The notes below the pieces were generated by a model. That model did not search any database and was not told the origin of the DNA. It saw only the letters and a program-made list of their open reading frames with translations. DNA of 64,000 bases from Candidatus Multivorans sp. (lineage in GTDB: Bacteria > Acidobacteriota > Thermoanaerobaculia > Multivoradales > Multivoraceae): contig OZ251997.1 in the NCBI GenBank assembly GCA_965247095.1, forward strand, positions 2,240,001-2,304,000, written 5' to 3'. The translations under genes were made by a program, and so were the position numbers. Shown piece by piece: positions 1 to 9,172 of this stretch. Position 1 is the stretch's first letter. The number at the start of each line of letters is the position of its first letter.

Positions 1-1
1 C

Positions 2-478
2 AAGCCGAAGCATCGCTCGCCGCTCAACATCGCCCTGATCGACGATCTCCTGCTCGCCGACTTCGTCCTCGAAGCCGAGGCCTGGCAGACCGGCCGCGAG
101 TACGGCCACCGCGACCTCAGCCTCTTCTTCGGCTTCGAGGGCCCGAACCGCTACTACTACGCCCACCTCGCGACCGAACCCGACGACCGCGCCCACAACA
201 TCTTCCTGGTCGACAACGCGGACCGTGCCCCGCTCGGCGCCATTCCGGACGAGGGCGTCGACTGGGGCAAGGGGTGGAAGCGCGTGCGCGTCGAACGCCG
301 CGATGGAGCACTTCGCGTCTACTTCGACGGCGAGAAAGATCCCACCGTATCGACCGACCGGGACCCGCTCGGCTGGGGCCGTGTCGGTTTCGGTTCGTTC
401 GACGACTCAGGGCGCTTCAGCAAGGTGCGGATCTGGGCGCCGGAGAAGAGGCGCGCGCCGAAGCCGGCGTTCAAGTAG
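2..478 (+). CDS. Partial (5' outside window) concanavalin-A-like/DUF1080-like hypothetical protein
   Basis: Frame 2 is open from the window edge: KPKHRSPLNIALI...DFVLEAEAWQTGREYGHRDL...GWGRVGFGSFDDSGRF, stop at 478. Confidence 0.6.
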   Translation, partial: KPKHRSPLNIALIDDLLLADFVLEAEAWQTGREYGHRDLSLFFGFEGPNRYYYAHLATEPDDRAHNIFLVDNADRAPLGAIPDEGVDWGKGWKRVRVERRDGALRVYFDGEKDPTVSTDRDPLGWGRVGFGSFDDSGRFSKVRIWAPEKRRAPKPAFK

Positions 479-503
479 CGAACCATTGGCGCCCGGCGGC
501 CCC

Positions 504-761
504 ATGAGCGCGATCCGGCGCGTCGTCTGGGAGTCGGACAGCCGGGCCGGTCGTGTGTTCGACACGGTCGTGCTGTCCGTGATCGTCGGCGGGCTGGTCG
601 TGGACGGCATCGTGACTCTGGAGAGTCTCGGCCCAAGAGTTCACCAGGTCCTCGTCCTGGCCAGCACAGTGGTCACGACCCTGTTCGTGACGGAGTACCT
701 GCTGCGCCTCGCAACTGCGCCGAAACGATGGCGGTACGTAACGAGCTTCTACGGCGTCGTC
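504..761 (+). pseudogene. Voltage-gated K+ channel (ion transporter), 5' part, interrupted by IS
   Basis: MSAIRRVVWESDSRAGRVFD...EYLLRL...YVTSFYGVV (S1-S2); the frame continues after the IS as VDLAAILP. Confidence 0.85.
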
Positions 762-806
762 CCCTCTCTGCCAACGTACGTGACACAGCGGCCATCCCGT
801 TGAATA

Positions 807-1322
807 GTGGAGGGCACACGTTGGCAAGGAGGATCAATGTCAAGACGAGAGCAGAGGTTTGGCGGCGGCTCGGAGCTCCCGGCCGCGGGGGTTGAGGAGC
901 GTAGCGACGAGGCCCCCGCGGCCGGCGCGGCGCCCGCCGGGGCGGTTCCCGACCCGGAAGTGCTGGCGAGACCGACCAGGCGGCAGTTCACGGCGGAGTA
1001 CCGGCTGCGGATTCTGGAGGAAGCGGACCGATGCACCCACCGCGGCGAGGTGGGTCGGCTGCTGCGGCGAGAGGGTCTGTACAGCTCCCATCTGGCCAAC
1101 TGGCGCAAGGCGCGGCGCGAGGGCGCGCTTTCCGGTCTGAGGCCGAAGAAGCGGGGCCGCAAGCCGAACGAGGCCAACCCTCTGATGCCGAAGGTGAAGC
1201 GGCTGGAAGCGAAGGTCAAGCGTCTCGAGAGGGAAGTCGCCGCCGCGCACACGATCCTGGACGTCCAGGGAAAAGTTGCAGGGCTGCTGGGATTCAGCCT
1301 CGAAGACGGGAAGGACTGCTGA
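807..1322 (+). CDS. IS3 transposase OrfA (HTH + leucine zipper); start may be ATG 837
   Basis: RRQFTAEYRLRILEEAD...GRLLRREGLYSSHLANWRK; C-terminal coiled coil; GGGAAAAG possible slippery site near 1268. Confidence 0.9.
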   Translation: MEGTRWQGGSMSRREQRFGGGSELPAAGVEERSDEAPAAGAAPAGAVPDPEVLARPTRRQFTAEYRLRILEEADRCTHRGEVGRLLRREGLYSSHLANWRKARREGALSGLRPKKRGRKPNEANPLMPKVKRLEAKVKRLEREVAAAHTILDVQGKVAGLLGFSLEDGKDC

Positions 1323-2320
1323 TGGCGGCAAGGTCCCTGGCCCGGCAGGTCGGCGTCGCGCCGGCGTGCCGGGCGCTGGGCGTATCGCGATCGACCTTCT
1401 ATCGTCGTGCGAGGCCCGCTCCCGGGCGACGGCAGCCCCGCCCCACGCCTGCCCGGGCACTGAGCCAGATCGAGCGGAAACGGGTCGAGGCCACGCTTGC
1501 GTCGCCGCGTTTCGTCGATCGTTCGCCGGGAGAAGTGGTGGCCACCCTGCTCGACGAGGGCCGCTACCTGTGCTCGGAGCGCACGATGTACCGCATCCTC
1601 GAAGCGAACCACCCCGTGAGGGACCGCCGCAACCAGCGCGTCCATCCGTCGTACGCCAAGCCGGAGCTGGTCGCTGTCGCGCCCAACCAGGTCTGGTCGT
1701 GGGACATCACCAGGCTGCTCGGACCGCAGACCTGGACCTACTACTACCTCTACGTCCTGCTTGACCTCCTAAGCCGCTACGCGGTCGGCTGGATGGTCGC
1801 CGACCGCGAGAACTCCGCGCTCGCCCAAAGGCTCATCGAGGAGACCTGCCTCAAGCACGGCGTCAAGCCCCATGTCCTGACCCTGCATTCCGATCGAGGC
1901 GCCCCCATGACCAGCCAGGGTACCGCCCAACTGCTCGCCCGCCTCGGCGTGAACCGGTCCCTGGGCCGCCCGCGGGTCAGCGACGACAACCCCTACTCCG
2001 AAGCACAGTTCAAGACCCTCAAGTACCACCCCGACTTCCCCAGCCGCTTCCCCAACCAGGACGCCGCGACCGACTACTGCAGGTCCTTCTTCCCCTGGTA
2101 CAACACGGAACACCGCCATGCCGGCATCGCCATGCTGACCCCCGAGACCGTCCACTACGGCCGGGCGCAAGCCGTGATCGAGCAGCGCCAACGCACGCTG
2201 AGCGCCGCCTGGGAAAGCTCCCCCGAACGATTCGTCGGCGGCCAACCGATGCATACGCCACTGCCCCAGGCCGTCTGGATCAACAAGCCCGACAACGAGA
2301 CTGCAGAGACGACTCAGTAA
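1322..2320 (+). CDS. IS3 transposase OrfB (rve integrase, DDE)
   Basis: PNQVWSWDIT / LHSDRGAPM / NPYSEAQFKTLK DDE motifs; TGATG coupling to orfA. Confidence 0.92.
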   Translation: MAARSLARQVGVAPACRALGVSRSTFYRRARPAPGRRQPRPTPARALSQIERKRVEATLASPRFVDRSPGEVVATLLDEGRYLCSERTMYRILEANHPVRDRRNQRVHPSYAKPELVAVAPNQVWSWDITRLLGPQTWTYYYLYVLLDLLSRYAVGWMVADRENSALAQRLIEETCLKHGVKPHVLTLHSDRGAPMTSQGTAQLLARLGVNRSLGRPRVSDDNPYSEAQFKTLKYHPDFPSRFPNQDAATDYCRSFFPWYNTEHRHAGIAMLTPETVHYGRAQAVIEQRQRTLSAAWESSPERFVGGQPMHTPLPQAVWINKPDNETAETTQ

Positions 2321-2361
2321 ATCCAGAACCCCGCTGTGTCAATGTCGTTGACAGGTTCCGC

Positions 2362-2802
2362 GTCGACCTGGCGGCGATCCTGCCAACCCTGCTCGGCTTG
2401 GACCTGCGGGCGCTACGAGCCTTCAGGCTGTTCAGGCTCCTCCGCCTCTTGAAGGTCACCCGGGCAAAGGCGCTGAATCGCTTCGGGAAAGCACTGTGGA
2501 CCGTCAAGGACGAGGGTCTGATCTTCCTGTTCAGCACAACGCTTGTGTTGTACCTGGCAGCGGCGGGCATCTACCACTTCGAACACGAGGCGCAGCCCGA
2601 GACCTTCGGCTCCATCCCCGAGAGCCTGTGGTGGGCCGTGGCGACGCTTACCACCGTCGGCTACGGCGACGCCTACCCTGTGACTGCTGGAGGTCGCGTG
2701 TTCACAACGGTGATCCTGCTCTGCGGCATGGGCATTGTTGCGGTGCCCGCGGGTCTGGTGGCAACTGCGCTGACTAGAGCAGGGCAGAAGGACGACACGT
2801 AG
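2362..2802 (+). pseudogene. Voltage-gated K+ channel, 3' part (S4 and pore)
   Basis: S4 LRALRAFRLFRLLRLLK; filter WWAVATLTTVGYGD. Confidence 0.88.
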
Positions 2803-2952
2803 GAGCCGTAGCGGTCGGCCCGGCTGATAGCTCGAAGCGCCACGACAGTACACCACGAGACAAAGGGCTGCGCCGAGGGCCGGAGAGCCGGCGCTTTCCG
2901 CCGGATGCGGGCGAGACGCTCGCGTTCCCAGGGCGGAAGCCGCCAGGCTTCC

Positions 2953-3076
2953 AACGCGGCCTTCTTTATCGACGATGTCGACAACCCGTACACCGGAGCC
3001 CCGGGGACTCATTTCAACTGGATCCAGGGCAACGTCGTCGGCGGCCGGTCGATGGCGCGGCAGTCGTACCGGATGA
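2953..3076 (+). pseudogene. Diverged 124-bp internal fragment of the GMC oxidoreductase gene (copy of 7739-7868)
   Basis: Manual alignment: 8 substitutions (5 synonymous) and one 6-bp deletion. Confidence 0.9.
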
Positions 3077-3213
3077 TCCCGGACGGCTACGAGCTCGTCT
3101 ACTCCCAGGACTTCGCCGACGATTCCGCCCCTAAAACCACACCCCAAAAACGATCCGAGCTAGAATCGGCTCGCCCAACGGCCAGTGCCCGACTCTTAGG
3201 GCGCCCCAGTGAC

Positions 3214-3927
3214 ATGAGCGACACTCCAGAATCTCCAGGCTCCAGCGGACCGAGCGTCCATCTGGCCCAGTTTTCGATAGTCCTCGTGGTGAACCAGATC
3301 GATCCTTCGATCTTCAACCCGGACTTTCTGCGGCACAACCAGATCGTAGACCCCGATTCTCAAGTGTCCGAACCGCCGACCACGACACCGCAATTCGCGC
3401 AGGTTCGCTTCAAAGATGCAGTCGCCGTAAAGGTCGACCCGAAACGAGTGATCTTCGAACAAACCGGAGACCCTCTCCAACCTCGCGAACTCCGGCCTCC
3501 TGGCATGGCCATGCGATTTGCAACTCTCTTCCCCAACGTCGTCTACAAGGCCATCGGCATCAACCCCACCGGTGTTCCATTCCTCGACGGCGCAGTCGAT
3601 CACCGCGTCCACATACGCGACATCTTACTTGATCAGGGCCAATGGCTTTGTTTCAACAACGCGAGACCGAAGCTCAATCTCCACGCTGCCTATCGCTTGC
3701 CGGATAAGAACATAACCCTCGATGTTCTGGATGCCGACTCCTCAGAACCGGAGGCCAGCCCGCGAACGATTGTCGCGTTCCGCGCGAACATCCACCGCGA
3801 GCTGCAAGAGACAGATCAAATCGAGAGAAACCAGCATCTGCTCTCTGTCCTCGCCAAGTGGGACGAGGATCTGAAGGACTTCGAGGCACTGGTCACGAAC
3901 TTCATCTCCAAGAGTACAACGCCATGA
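3214..3927 (+). CDS. Hypothetical protein, TIGR04255-like (cassette gene 1)
   Basis: FSIVLV..DPSIFNPDFL...YKAIGINP...FRANIHREL; lower GC; TAGAAT -10 at 3161; ATGA overlap with next gene. Confidence 0.6.
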   Translation: MSDTPESPGSSGPSVHLAQFSIVLVVNQIDPSIFNPDFLRHNQIVDPDSQVSEPPTTTPQFAQVRFKDAVAVKVDPKRVIFEQTGDPLQPRELRPPGMAMRFATLFPNVVYKAIGINPTGVPFLDGAVDHRVHIRDILLDQGQWLCFNNARPKLNLHAAYRLPDKNITLDVLDADSSEPEASPRTIVAFRANIHRELQETDQIERNQHLLSVLAKWDEDLKDFEALVTNFISKSTTP

Positions 3928-4637
3928 ACGAGTCGACCCTTGATCCGCTCCGATCAGATCGAAGCGCGTCAGCACTTCCCGTCATCGCGTCAATAGGCAT
4001 ATGTCCGTCAACCACAAGCGGCTTTGACATGCCTGAGGACCCCATCACTACCGGCCTTCTTGACCACCATACAGCGGTGACTCTATGGGGTTTCGAACCT
4101 CCACCGACAACGTGCGTGATGACCTCCATTCCCCAGGAACGACCATGGGTCGTCACTCAGCTCGAGTACCACCGAGCCGCCCCAGGCGCGACGAGTTCTC
4201 GGAACACTTCGGATCCGGAACACCCCGAACCGACCTTGCCATTTTGGAGCACGCAGCCCGCGAAGGATCCAAAGGACTTGGCTGAAGCGCTAGGAGACCT
4301 TCAGGAGGTAGCCCAGGAAGCTCTCGAAGAGGGATTCCAGCAACCTACCGAGACCGCTGTGAAGAACGCTGCTCGACTAGTGCGGGCCATCTTTGGCGTG
4401 CACCCATGCCGGCTCGAGGTATACCCCACGGCCGACGGTGAAATCGCTATCGATGCCGCCGGCGAGCACCGCGGGTCGGTCATCCTTCTTTGCGCCGCTG
4501 CGGGCGGCGCCCTGTGCCTCGTTAACACGGGCAACGGTAGTCACCGTGCGCGCTACTCCGAGGTAGACCAACTCCCCGACTGGTTCTTGAGCGAGGCCCT
4601 TGCGGAACTTTCTCGTCTGAACCGGGGCGCTGCATGA
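3924..4637 (+). CDS. Hypothetical protein (cassette gene 2), disordered N-half and folded C-domain; candidate antitoxin
   Basis: ATGA coupled at both ends; C-terminal GFQQPTETAVKNAARLV...EVYPTADGEIAID. Confidence 0.6.
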   Translation: MNESTLDPLRSDRSASALPVIASIGICPSTTSGFDMPEDPITTGLLDHHTAVTLWGFEPPPTTCVMTSIPQERPWVVTQLEYHRAAPGATSSRNTSDPEHPEPTLPFWSTQPAKDPKDLAEALGDLQEVAQEALEEGFQQPTETAVKNAARLVRAIFGVHPCRLEVYPTADGEIAIDAAGEHRGSVILLCAAAGGALCLVNTGNGSHRARYSEVDQLPDWFLSEALAELSRLNRGAA

Positions 4638-5053
4638 CCGCACCCGCAGTCGTCCAGTCCGATGAAGCACTCGGGCGTGGCGTCTTCTCGCGGAAAGAAG
4701 CCAAGAGGGCGCAACGTCGACGCAGAGTGCGCCTAAACGTTCTTCTCGAGAAGGCGGGAGTCGCAGAAATCTCAGTTGACCGCTTGGACTGCGCTCCTCT
4801 AGAGAAAGCAGTCAGCCTTGGCGAAAAGGCGGCCCAGAATCGGGTCGGACCCTTCTGTGGATGGGCTGTCGTGAGCGCAGAAGCTGCTGCGGACAACGGT
4901 CGCCGTGTGGCCGCGACCCCACAACCGGAGAACCCGATCCACGCCGATATCGTCTTGCCAGCTCTCGCGGCGGTAGACCGGGAGGAACAGAAGGAGCACG
5001 CTCAGCAACTCGCCGACCTATCCACGTGGCGTGCCCGACCCAGTCAGCCATAG
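4634..5053 (+). CDS. Small ADP-ribosyltransferase-like protein (cassette gene 3); candidate toxin
   Basis: 139 aa; EALGRGV (R), EISVDR (S), ENPIHADI (H) arrangement. Confidence 0.55.
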   Translation: MTAPAVVQSDEALGRGVFSRKEAKRAQRRRRVRLNVLLEKAGVAEISVDRLDCAPLEKAVSLGEKAAQNRVGPFCGWAVVSAEAAADNGRRVAATPQPENPIHADIVLPALAAVDREEQKEHAQQLADLSTWRARPSQP

Positions 5054-5159
5054 TCGTAGCCTCAACCTGACAGCCCGCGTCCACTTTGGGCGCACGCCTC
5101 ACCGGGCGTCCGTTCCAGACGTCTAGCGGGCGGCGTGACGTCAACCAAGGAACGTGCCA

Positions 5160-6317
5160 TCACCGAGGAGTCCTGCCATACCGCCCAAGCTCAGCTTCAA
5201 GCTCCTCCGACATGACCTCGCCGTCGTGGAAGAGCAGCCGGTAGCGCAGCCGTACCTCCCCGCCGGCGGCAACCGTCCAGTCCCCCGTGCCCTTCTCCGC
5301 CTTCTCGAAGTCGTGGACGCCGAAGGGGTTGGCGGCGAACAGGCCGTAGGCGCGAGCGTGCCACCAGGTCGGATGACGGAAGTTCTCCGGGTGGTCGAAG
5401 ATCGCGATGCCCACGGGCTTGCCGTCGACGGGGCCGCTGTAGTGGACCCAGGCGGCGCGCTTGCCCCACACCGCGGCGCCTTCGACGCCCTCGCTGTTCC
5501 GCATCGAGCCGGCGGCGTGTTCGCCATCGTGCCGAAGGGTAGGTGCGACGCGGATTGCCATCGTGCCTTCCTTGGTGTCGCCGAGGACGACCGCCGCGTC
5601 GCCGGCCCGTAGACGGATGTCGAAGTCGATCGCCCACCAGGCCTGACCGGAAGCGAAGGCGCCGGCGCGGAAGGTCATTGTCCGTTCTTCGTGGAGAAGC
5701 TCCTCGCCGCCGGGGGCGATCCACGAGTTCGAGGTGCGCAGCACGCCGACCGCACCCGACTCCACCGCGAGGATCTCCCGGTGGACGATCGCCGATCCGT
5801 CGCGGCCGGTCCAGAAGTCGTGGCGCTTGGAGCCGTCGGTCGGGCCGACCGCGCCGTGAGCGAACCACAGGGAGCGGTGATGCGGGTGGTCCTGCTCCTC
5901 GCCTTCCGCCTCGGACATCGGCCAGTTGCGGGTCAGCGCCTGTCCGCCGGGGCCGTAAACCGGGTAGAGGTAGGGCAGGTGGCCGCCGCCGTCCGCCTGG
6001 CCGCCGGGGCGGTACTCGGTGAAGGGTTTGCCGTCGACGGCGACCAGGATGCGGTCGCCGCCGCGCCGGGCCAGTTCGATCTGGGGGCTGGACTCTTCTG
6101 CTGCGACGGGCACGGGAGCGGCGAGTGCACAGAACAGAAAACTGAGGGTCGCGGCGAGAAGCAGATAGCCGGCGCTCTGCGCCGGATGCGGGCGAGACGC
6201 CCGGGTGTCATCCGTGCGCCCGATGACGGCCGCCCGGACTGGTTCGCGGGTGGCGCGGGATCGCGCCACCCGGGTTCCCAAGGGTGCGCGCTCCGCGTCG
6301 GAATAGAGCCGTCTCAT
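5160..6317 (-). CDS. Exported 'PmoA family'/DUF6807 protein (not a true methane monooxygenase)
   Basis: PYLYPV..G..LTR, DHPHHRSLWFAHG, GDTKEG, WHARAYGLFAANPFG; RBS AGAGGAG. Confidence 0.85.
   Translation of the reverse strand: MRRLYSDAERAPLGTRVARSRATREPVRAAVIGRTDDTRASRPHPAQSAGYLLLAATLSFLFCALAAPVPVAAEESSPQIELARRGGDRILVAVDGKPFTEYRPGGQADGGGHLPYLYPVYGPGGQALTRNWPMSEAEGEEQDHPHHRSLWFAHGAVGPTDGSKRHDFWTGRDGSAIVHREILAVESGAVGVLRTSNSWIAPGGEELLHEERTMTFRAGAFASGQAWWAIDFDIRLRAGDAAVVLGDTKEGTMAIRVAPTLRHDGEHAAGSMRNSEGVEGAAVWGKRAAWVHYSGPVDGKPVGIAIFDHPENFRHPTWWHARAYGLFAANPFGVHDFEKAEKGTGDWTVAAGGEVRLRYRLLFHDGEVMSEELEAELGRYGRTPR
6185..6283. repeat. 99-bp palindromic REP/MITE-like repeat, long form
   Basis: Aligns to the reverse complement of 29879-29977 and partly to about 18304-18380; hairpins GCGGGCGAGACGCCCG and GGGTGGCGCG..CGCGCCACCC. 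Confidence 0.8.
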
Positions 6318-6378
6318 CGCCGCTCCTCTGCCGTCCTTCGTTGATCAGGGGAAGCCGCAGCATGGTACCGTGCCGCGG

Positions 6379-7416
6379 GTGAACCCCACCAAGTGGTCGG
6401 CAGTTCCATCGTTCCTCACCGGCGCGGCCTTGGCGCTTCTTCTGTGTGTGCTGGCGGTCGCCTCATGTGCCGATCCGGAGGCGGGAGAGGAAGCGGAAGT
6501 CTCAGAGCCCGAAGCCGTGAGTGAGAGACCGGCCGAAGTCCTCCGGGCACACCTGTTCGATGACGACGCCGACGGCCAAGCCGCCTTCGCCCGCATCAAG
6601 GAAAGCTTCGAGACGGCGAACCCCGGCTACGGGATGACCTTCCTGCCGGCTACCCGCGAGATCCCCGCCGAAGACACGAGCCGGCTCGTGTTCGTGCAGG
6701 CGCCGGTCGAGGAGGAACCCGCATCGGCCGAGATCCACACGACCTCCGGCGCCACCGCGATCGAACTGCACGTCGGCGACATCGCCGTGCTCCGCCCCGG
6801 CGACCGGCTGACCGTCGAGCCGGCGATCGCGGCGCTGGTCTTCGACGTGCCGGACGCGCCCGGAGACGGCGTACCGGCGGCGATCCGCCCCGACTGGGAC
6901 CCCGACATCACGGACGTTCCCGGCGGTTGCGCCACGGAGACGGGCGCCTACCGGCGCATCCTGCTGACCTGGCTCCAGCAGAACGGGCCCTACACGTACC
7001 ACGGCCTGAACGCCCACCGGGTTCGGATCACGGACTCCTTCACCCACTACCACCCGGTGGACACCGGCTTCGACGAGTTCTACCTGGTCCAGATGAGCAA
7101 CGACGCCGATCAACTGCTCACCAGCTACCACGCCGCGGACATCGAATCGCCGCAGACGATGACGCCCGAACTCGCGCAGCAGTTGTTCGATGTCCACGAC
7201 ATCCGCGCCGGCGACCTGATCTACCTCCCGCGCGGCGTGATTCACCGCGGCCTGGGCGGCGTGCTGGCGCAGGTGATCACGGTGCCCGGCTTCCGGCCCG
7301 GCGCCGAAATCGGCGTCGACCATCACCTGCTCGCGATCAACGAGCACCTCGGCCTCGAAGGCGAGGACGCCCTTCCCTACAACGTCGAGGCCTCGACCGA
7401 GGCCGTCGTCCGCTGA
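6379..7416 (+). CDS. Putative lipoprotein with C-terminal cupin-like domain
   Basis: Lipobox-like AVASC; THYH...DEFY...LIYLPRGVIHRG cupin motifs; start 6370 or 6379. Confidence 0.6.
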   Translation: MNPTKWSAVPSFLTGAALALLLCVLAVASCADPEAGEEAEVSEPEAVSERPAEVLRAHLFDDDADGQAAFARIKESFETANPGYGMTFLPATREIPAEDTSRLVFVQAPVEEEPASAEIHTTSGATAIELHVGDIAVLRPGDRLTVEPAIAALVFDVPDAPGDGVPAAIRPDWDPDITDVPGGCATETGAYRRILLTWLQQNGPYTYHGLNAHRVRITDSFTHYHPVDTGFDEFYLVQMSNDADQLLTSYHAADIESPQTMTPELAQQLFDVHDIRAGDLIYLPRGVIHRGLGGVLAQVITVPGFRPGAEIGVDHHLLAINEHLGLEGEDALPYNVEASTEAVVR

Positions 7417-7477
7417 CGCCTCGCGGCGCCCACGGTCCGAGCCCGACGACCTTGAGTCCAACCGAGGATCCGGGCGC

Positions 7478-9172
7478 ATGAAGCAAACCTCCGACACGCA
7501 AACGTACGGCGCGATCGTCGTCGGCTCCGGCGCCACCGGCGGCTGGACCGCCAAGGTGATGACCGAGGCCGGTATGGATGTCCTGATGCTGGAGGCGGGC
7601 CGCGCCTTCGACCCGGACAAGGACTTCCGGGAGCACACGCTGCCGCACGACATGGAACTTCGCGGCCGTCCCGACCCGCGCAACGAGTTGCTGCAGCGCC
7701 GGCGCCGCCAGTCGTACTGCTACGCCTGCACCGAGGTGAACGCGGACTTCTTCATCGACGACGTCGACAACCCCTACACCGAGGCCCCGGGGACTCATTT
7801 CAACTGGATTCAGGGCAACGTGGTCGGCGGCCGGTCGATCATGTGGGCGCGGCAGTCGTACCGGATGAGCGACTACGACTTCAAGGCCGCGAGCATGGAC
7901 GGCTACGGCATGGACTGGCCGATCAGCTACGCGGAGATCTCCCCCTACTACGACCGGATCGAGCGCTACATCGGCGTCAACGGCCGCAAGGAGGGACTCG
8001 AGGTCCTGCCCGACGGCGATTTCCTACCGCCGATGGCCTTCAGTTGCGGCGAGGTGATGCTGAAGGAGACCCTGGCGACCAAGTTCAACCGGCCGATGAC
8101 GATCGGCCGCAACGCGGTCCTGACCCGCCGTCACAACAACCGCGACGCCTGCCACTACTGCGGTCCCTGCCACTACGGCTGCCGGACGAACTCCTATTTC
8201 AACTCGCCGCAGACTACTCTCGTCGACTGCGAAGAGACGGGCCGCTTCACGCTGGTGCCGGACGCGGTCGTCACCCAGGTCGACATGGAGGCGGGCAACG
8301 TCGCCTCGGGCGTCACCTACGTCGACAAGAACACGAACCAGACCCGGGAGGCCAAGGCCGATGTCGTCGTCCTGTGCGCCTCGACCCTGGCTTCGACCCG
8401 CATCCTCCTCAACTCCGCCGAGGGCGGCCTCGCCAACGAGAGCGACTGCCTGGGCCGCTACGTGATGGACCACATCTACGCAACCGGTGTCCGCGGCACC
8501 CTGGAAGCACGCGCAGGCGCTCCCGCGGAGCGGGCCAATCGGCCGAACGGCATCTACGTACCGCGCTTCCAGAACCTGAAGGATCCGGCGACGAAGAGGT
8601 CGGCCTACATCCGGGGCTACGGCTACCAGGGCGGCGAGTCGATCACCACCTGGCAGCACGGCAACTCCCTGCCCGGCTTCGGCGCCGACTTCAAGAAAAA
8701 CGTCGAGTCGAGCACGGTCTCGAGCATCGGCCTCGGAGGCTTCGGCGAGATCCTTCCCCGGGCCGACAACCGCGTCTCGCTCGACCCGGAGAAGACGGAC
8801 AAGTGGGGGGTGCCGGTCCTGCAGATGAACTGCACCCTCGGCAGCAACGAGTACGCCATGGTGCAGGACATCATCGAGGAAGGCCGGGCCATGCTGGAGG
8901 CGCTCGGCTGCACGAACATCACCCAGAACACCGAACCGGCGCCGATTGGCTCGGGCATCCACGAGGTCGGCACTGCGCGCATGGGCGACGATCCGAAGAC
9001 GTCCTACCTCAACCAGTACCAGCAGTCGCACACGGTGAAGAACCTGTTCGTGATGGACGGCGCCTGCTACGTCAGCGTCGGCTGCGTGAACCCGACCCTG
9101 ACCATGATGTCGCTGGCGCTGCGCTCGACGGAGTATCTGGTCGAACAGCACAAGCGCGGAGAACTCGCATGA
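7478..9172 (+). CDS. GMC family oxidoreductase (glucoside 3-dehydrogenase-like FAD subunit)
   Basis: GSGATGG, VGGRSIMW, CHYCGPCHYGC Fe-S motif, IHEVGTARMG, NPTLTMM. Confidence 0.93.
   Translation: MKQTSDTQTYGAIVVGSGATGGWTAKVMTEAGMDVLMLEAGRAFDPDKDFREHTLPHDMELRGRPDPRNELLQRRRRQSYCYACTEVNADFFIDDVDNPYTEAPGTHFNWIQGNVVGGRSIMWARQSYRMSDYDFKAASMDGYGMDWPISYAEISPYYDRIERYIGVNGRKEGLEVLPDGDFLPPMAFSCGEVMLKETLATKFNRPMTIGRNAVLTRRHNNRDACHYCGPCHYGCRTNSYFNSPQTTLVDCEETGRFTLVPDAVVTQVDMEAGNVASGVTYVDKNTNQTREAKADVVVLCASTLASTRILLNSAEGGLANESDCLGRYVMDHIYATGVRGTLEARAGAPAERANRPNGIYVPRFQNLKDPATKRSAYIRGYGYQGGESITTWQHGNSLPGFGADFKKNVESSTVSSIGLGGFGEILPRADNRVSLDPEKTDKWGVPVLQMNCTLGSNEYAMVQDIIEEGRAMLEALGCTNITQNTEPAPIGSGIHEVGTARMGDDPKTSYLNQYQQSHTVKNLFVMDGACYVSVGCVNPTLTMMSLALRSTEYLVEQHKRGELA

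Larger units (their letters stand above)
762..2360 (+). mobile_element. IS3-family insertion sequence with 4-bp target duplication CGTC
   Basis: orfA/orfB; imperfect IRs TGCCAACGTACGTGACACAGCGG (769-791) and its inverse (2331-2353), 18/23 match; CGTC at 758-761 and 2361-2364; removing 762-2364 restores the channel ORF. Confidence 0.9.

Noticed and set aside
2953-3076. DGR template/variable repeat pair with 7739-7868 (also the two hsdM copies)
   Set aside because: Differences are not adenine-specific, are mostly synonymous and include deletions; no reverse transcriptase in the window
2905-3213. N-terminal extension of the 340-aa ORF (GMC peptide fused to cassette gene 1)
   Set aside because: The start lies within a repeat and the frame crosses relic fragments; a -10 at 3161 favours ATG 3214
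5160-6317. Particulate methane monooxygenase
   Set aside because: Soluble exported protein; the family name is a misnomer; no pmoB or pmoC
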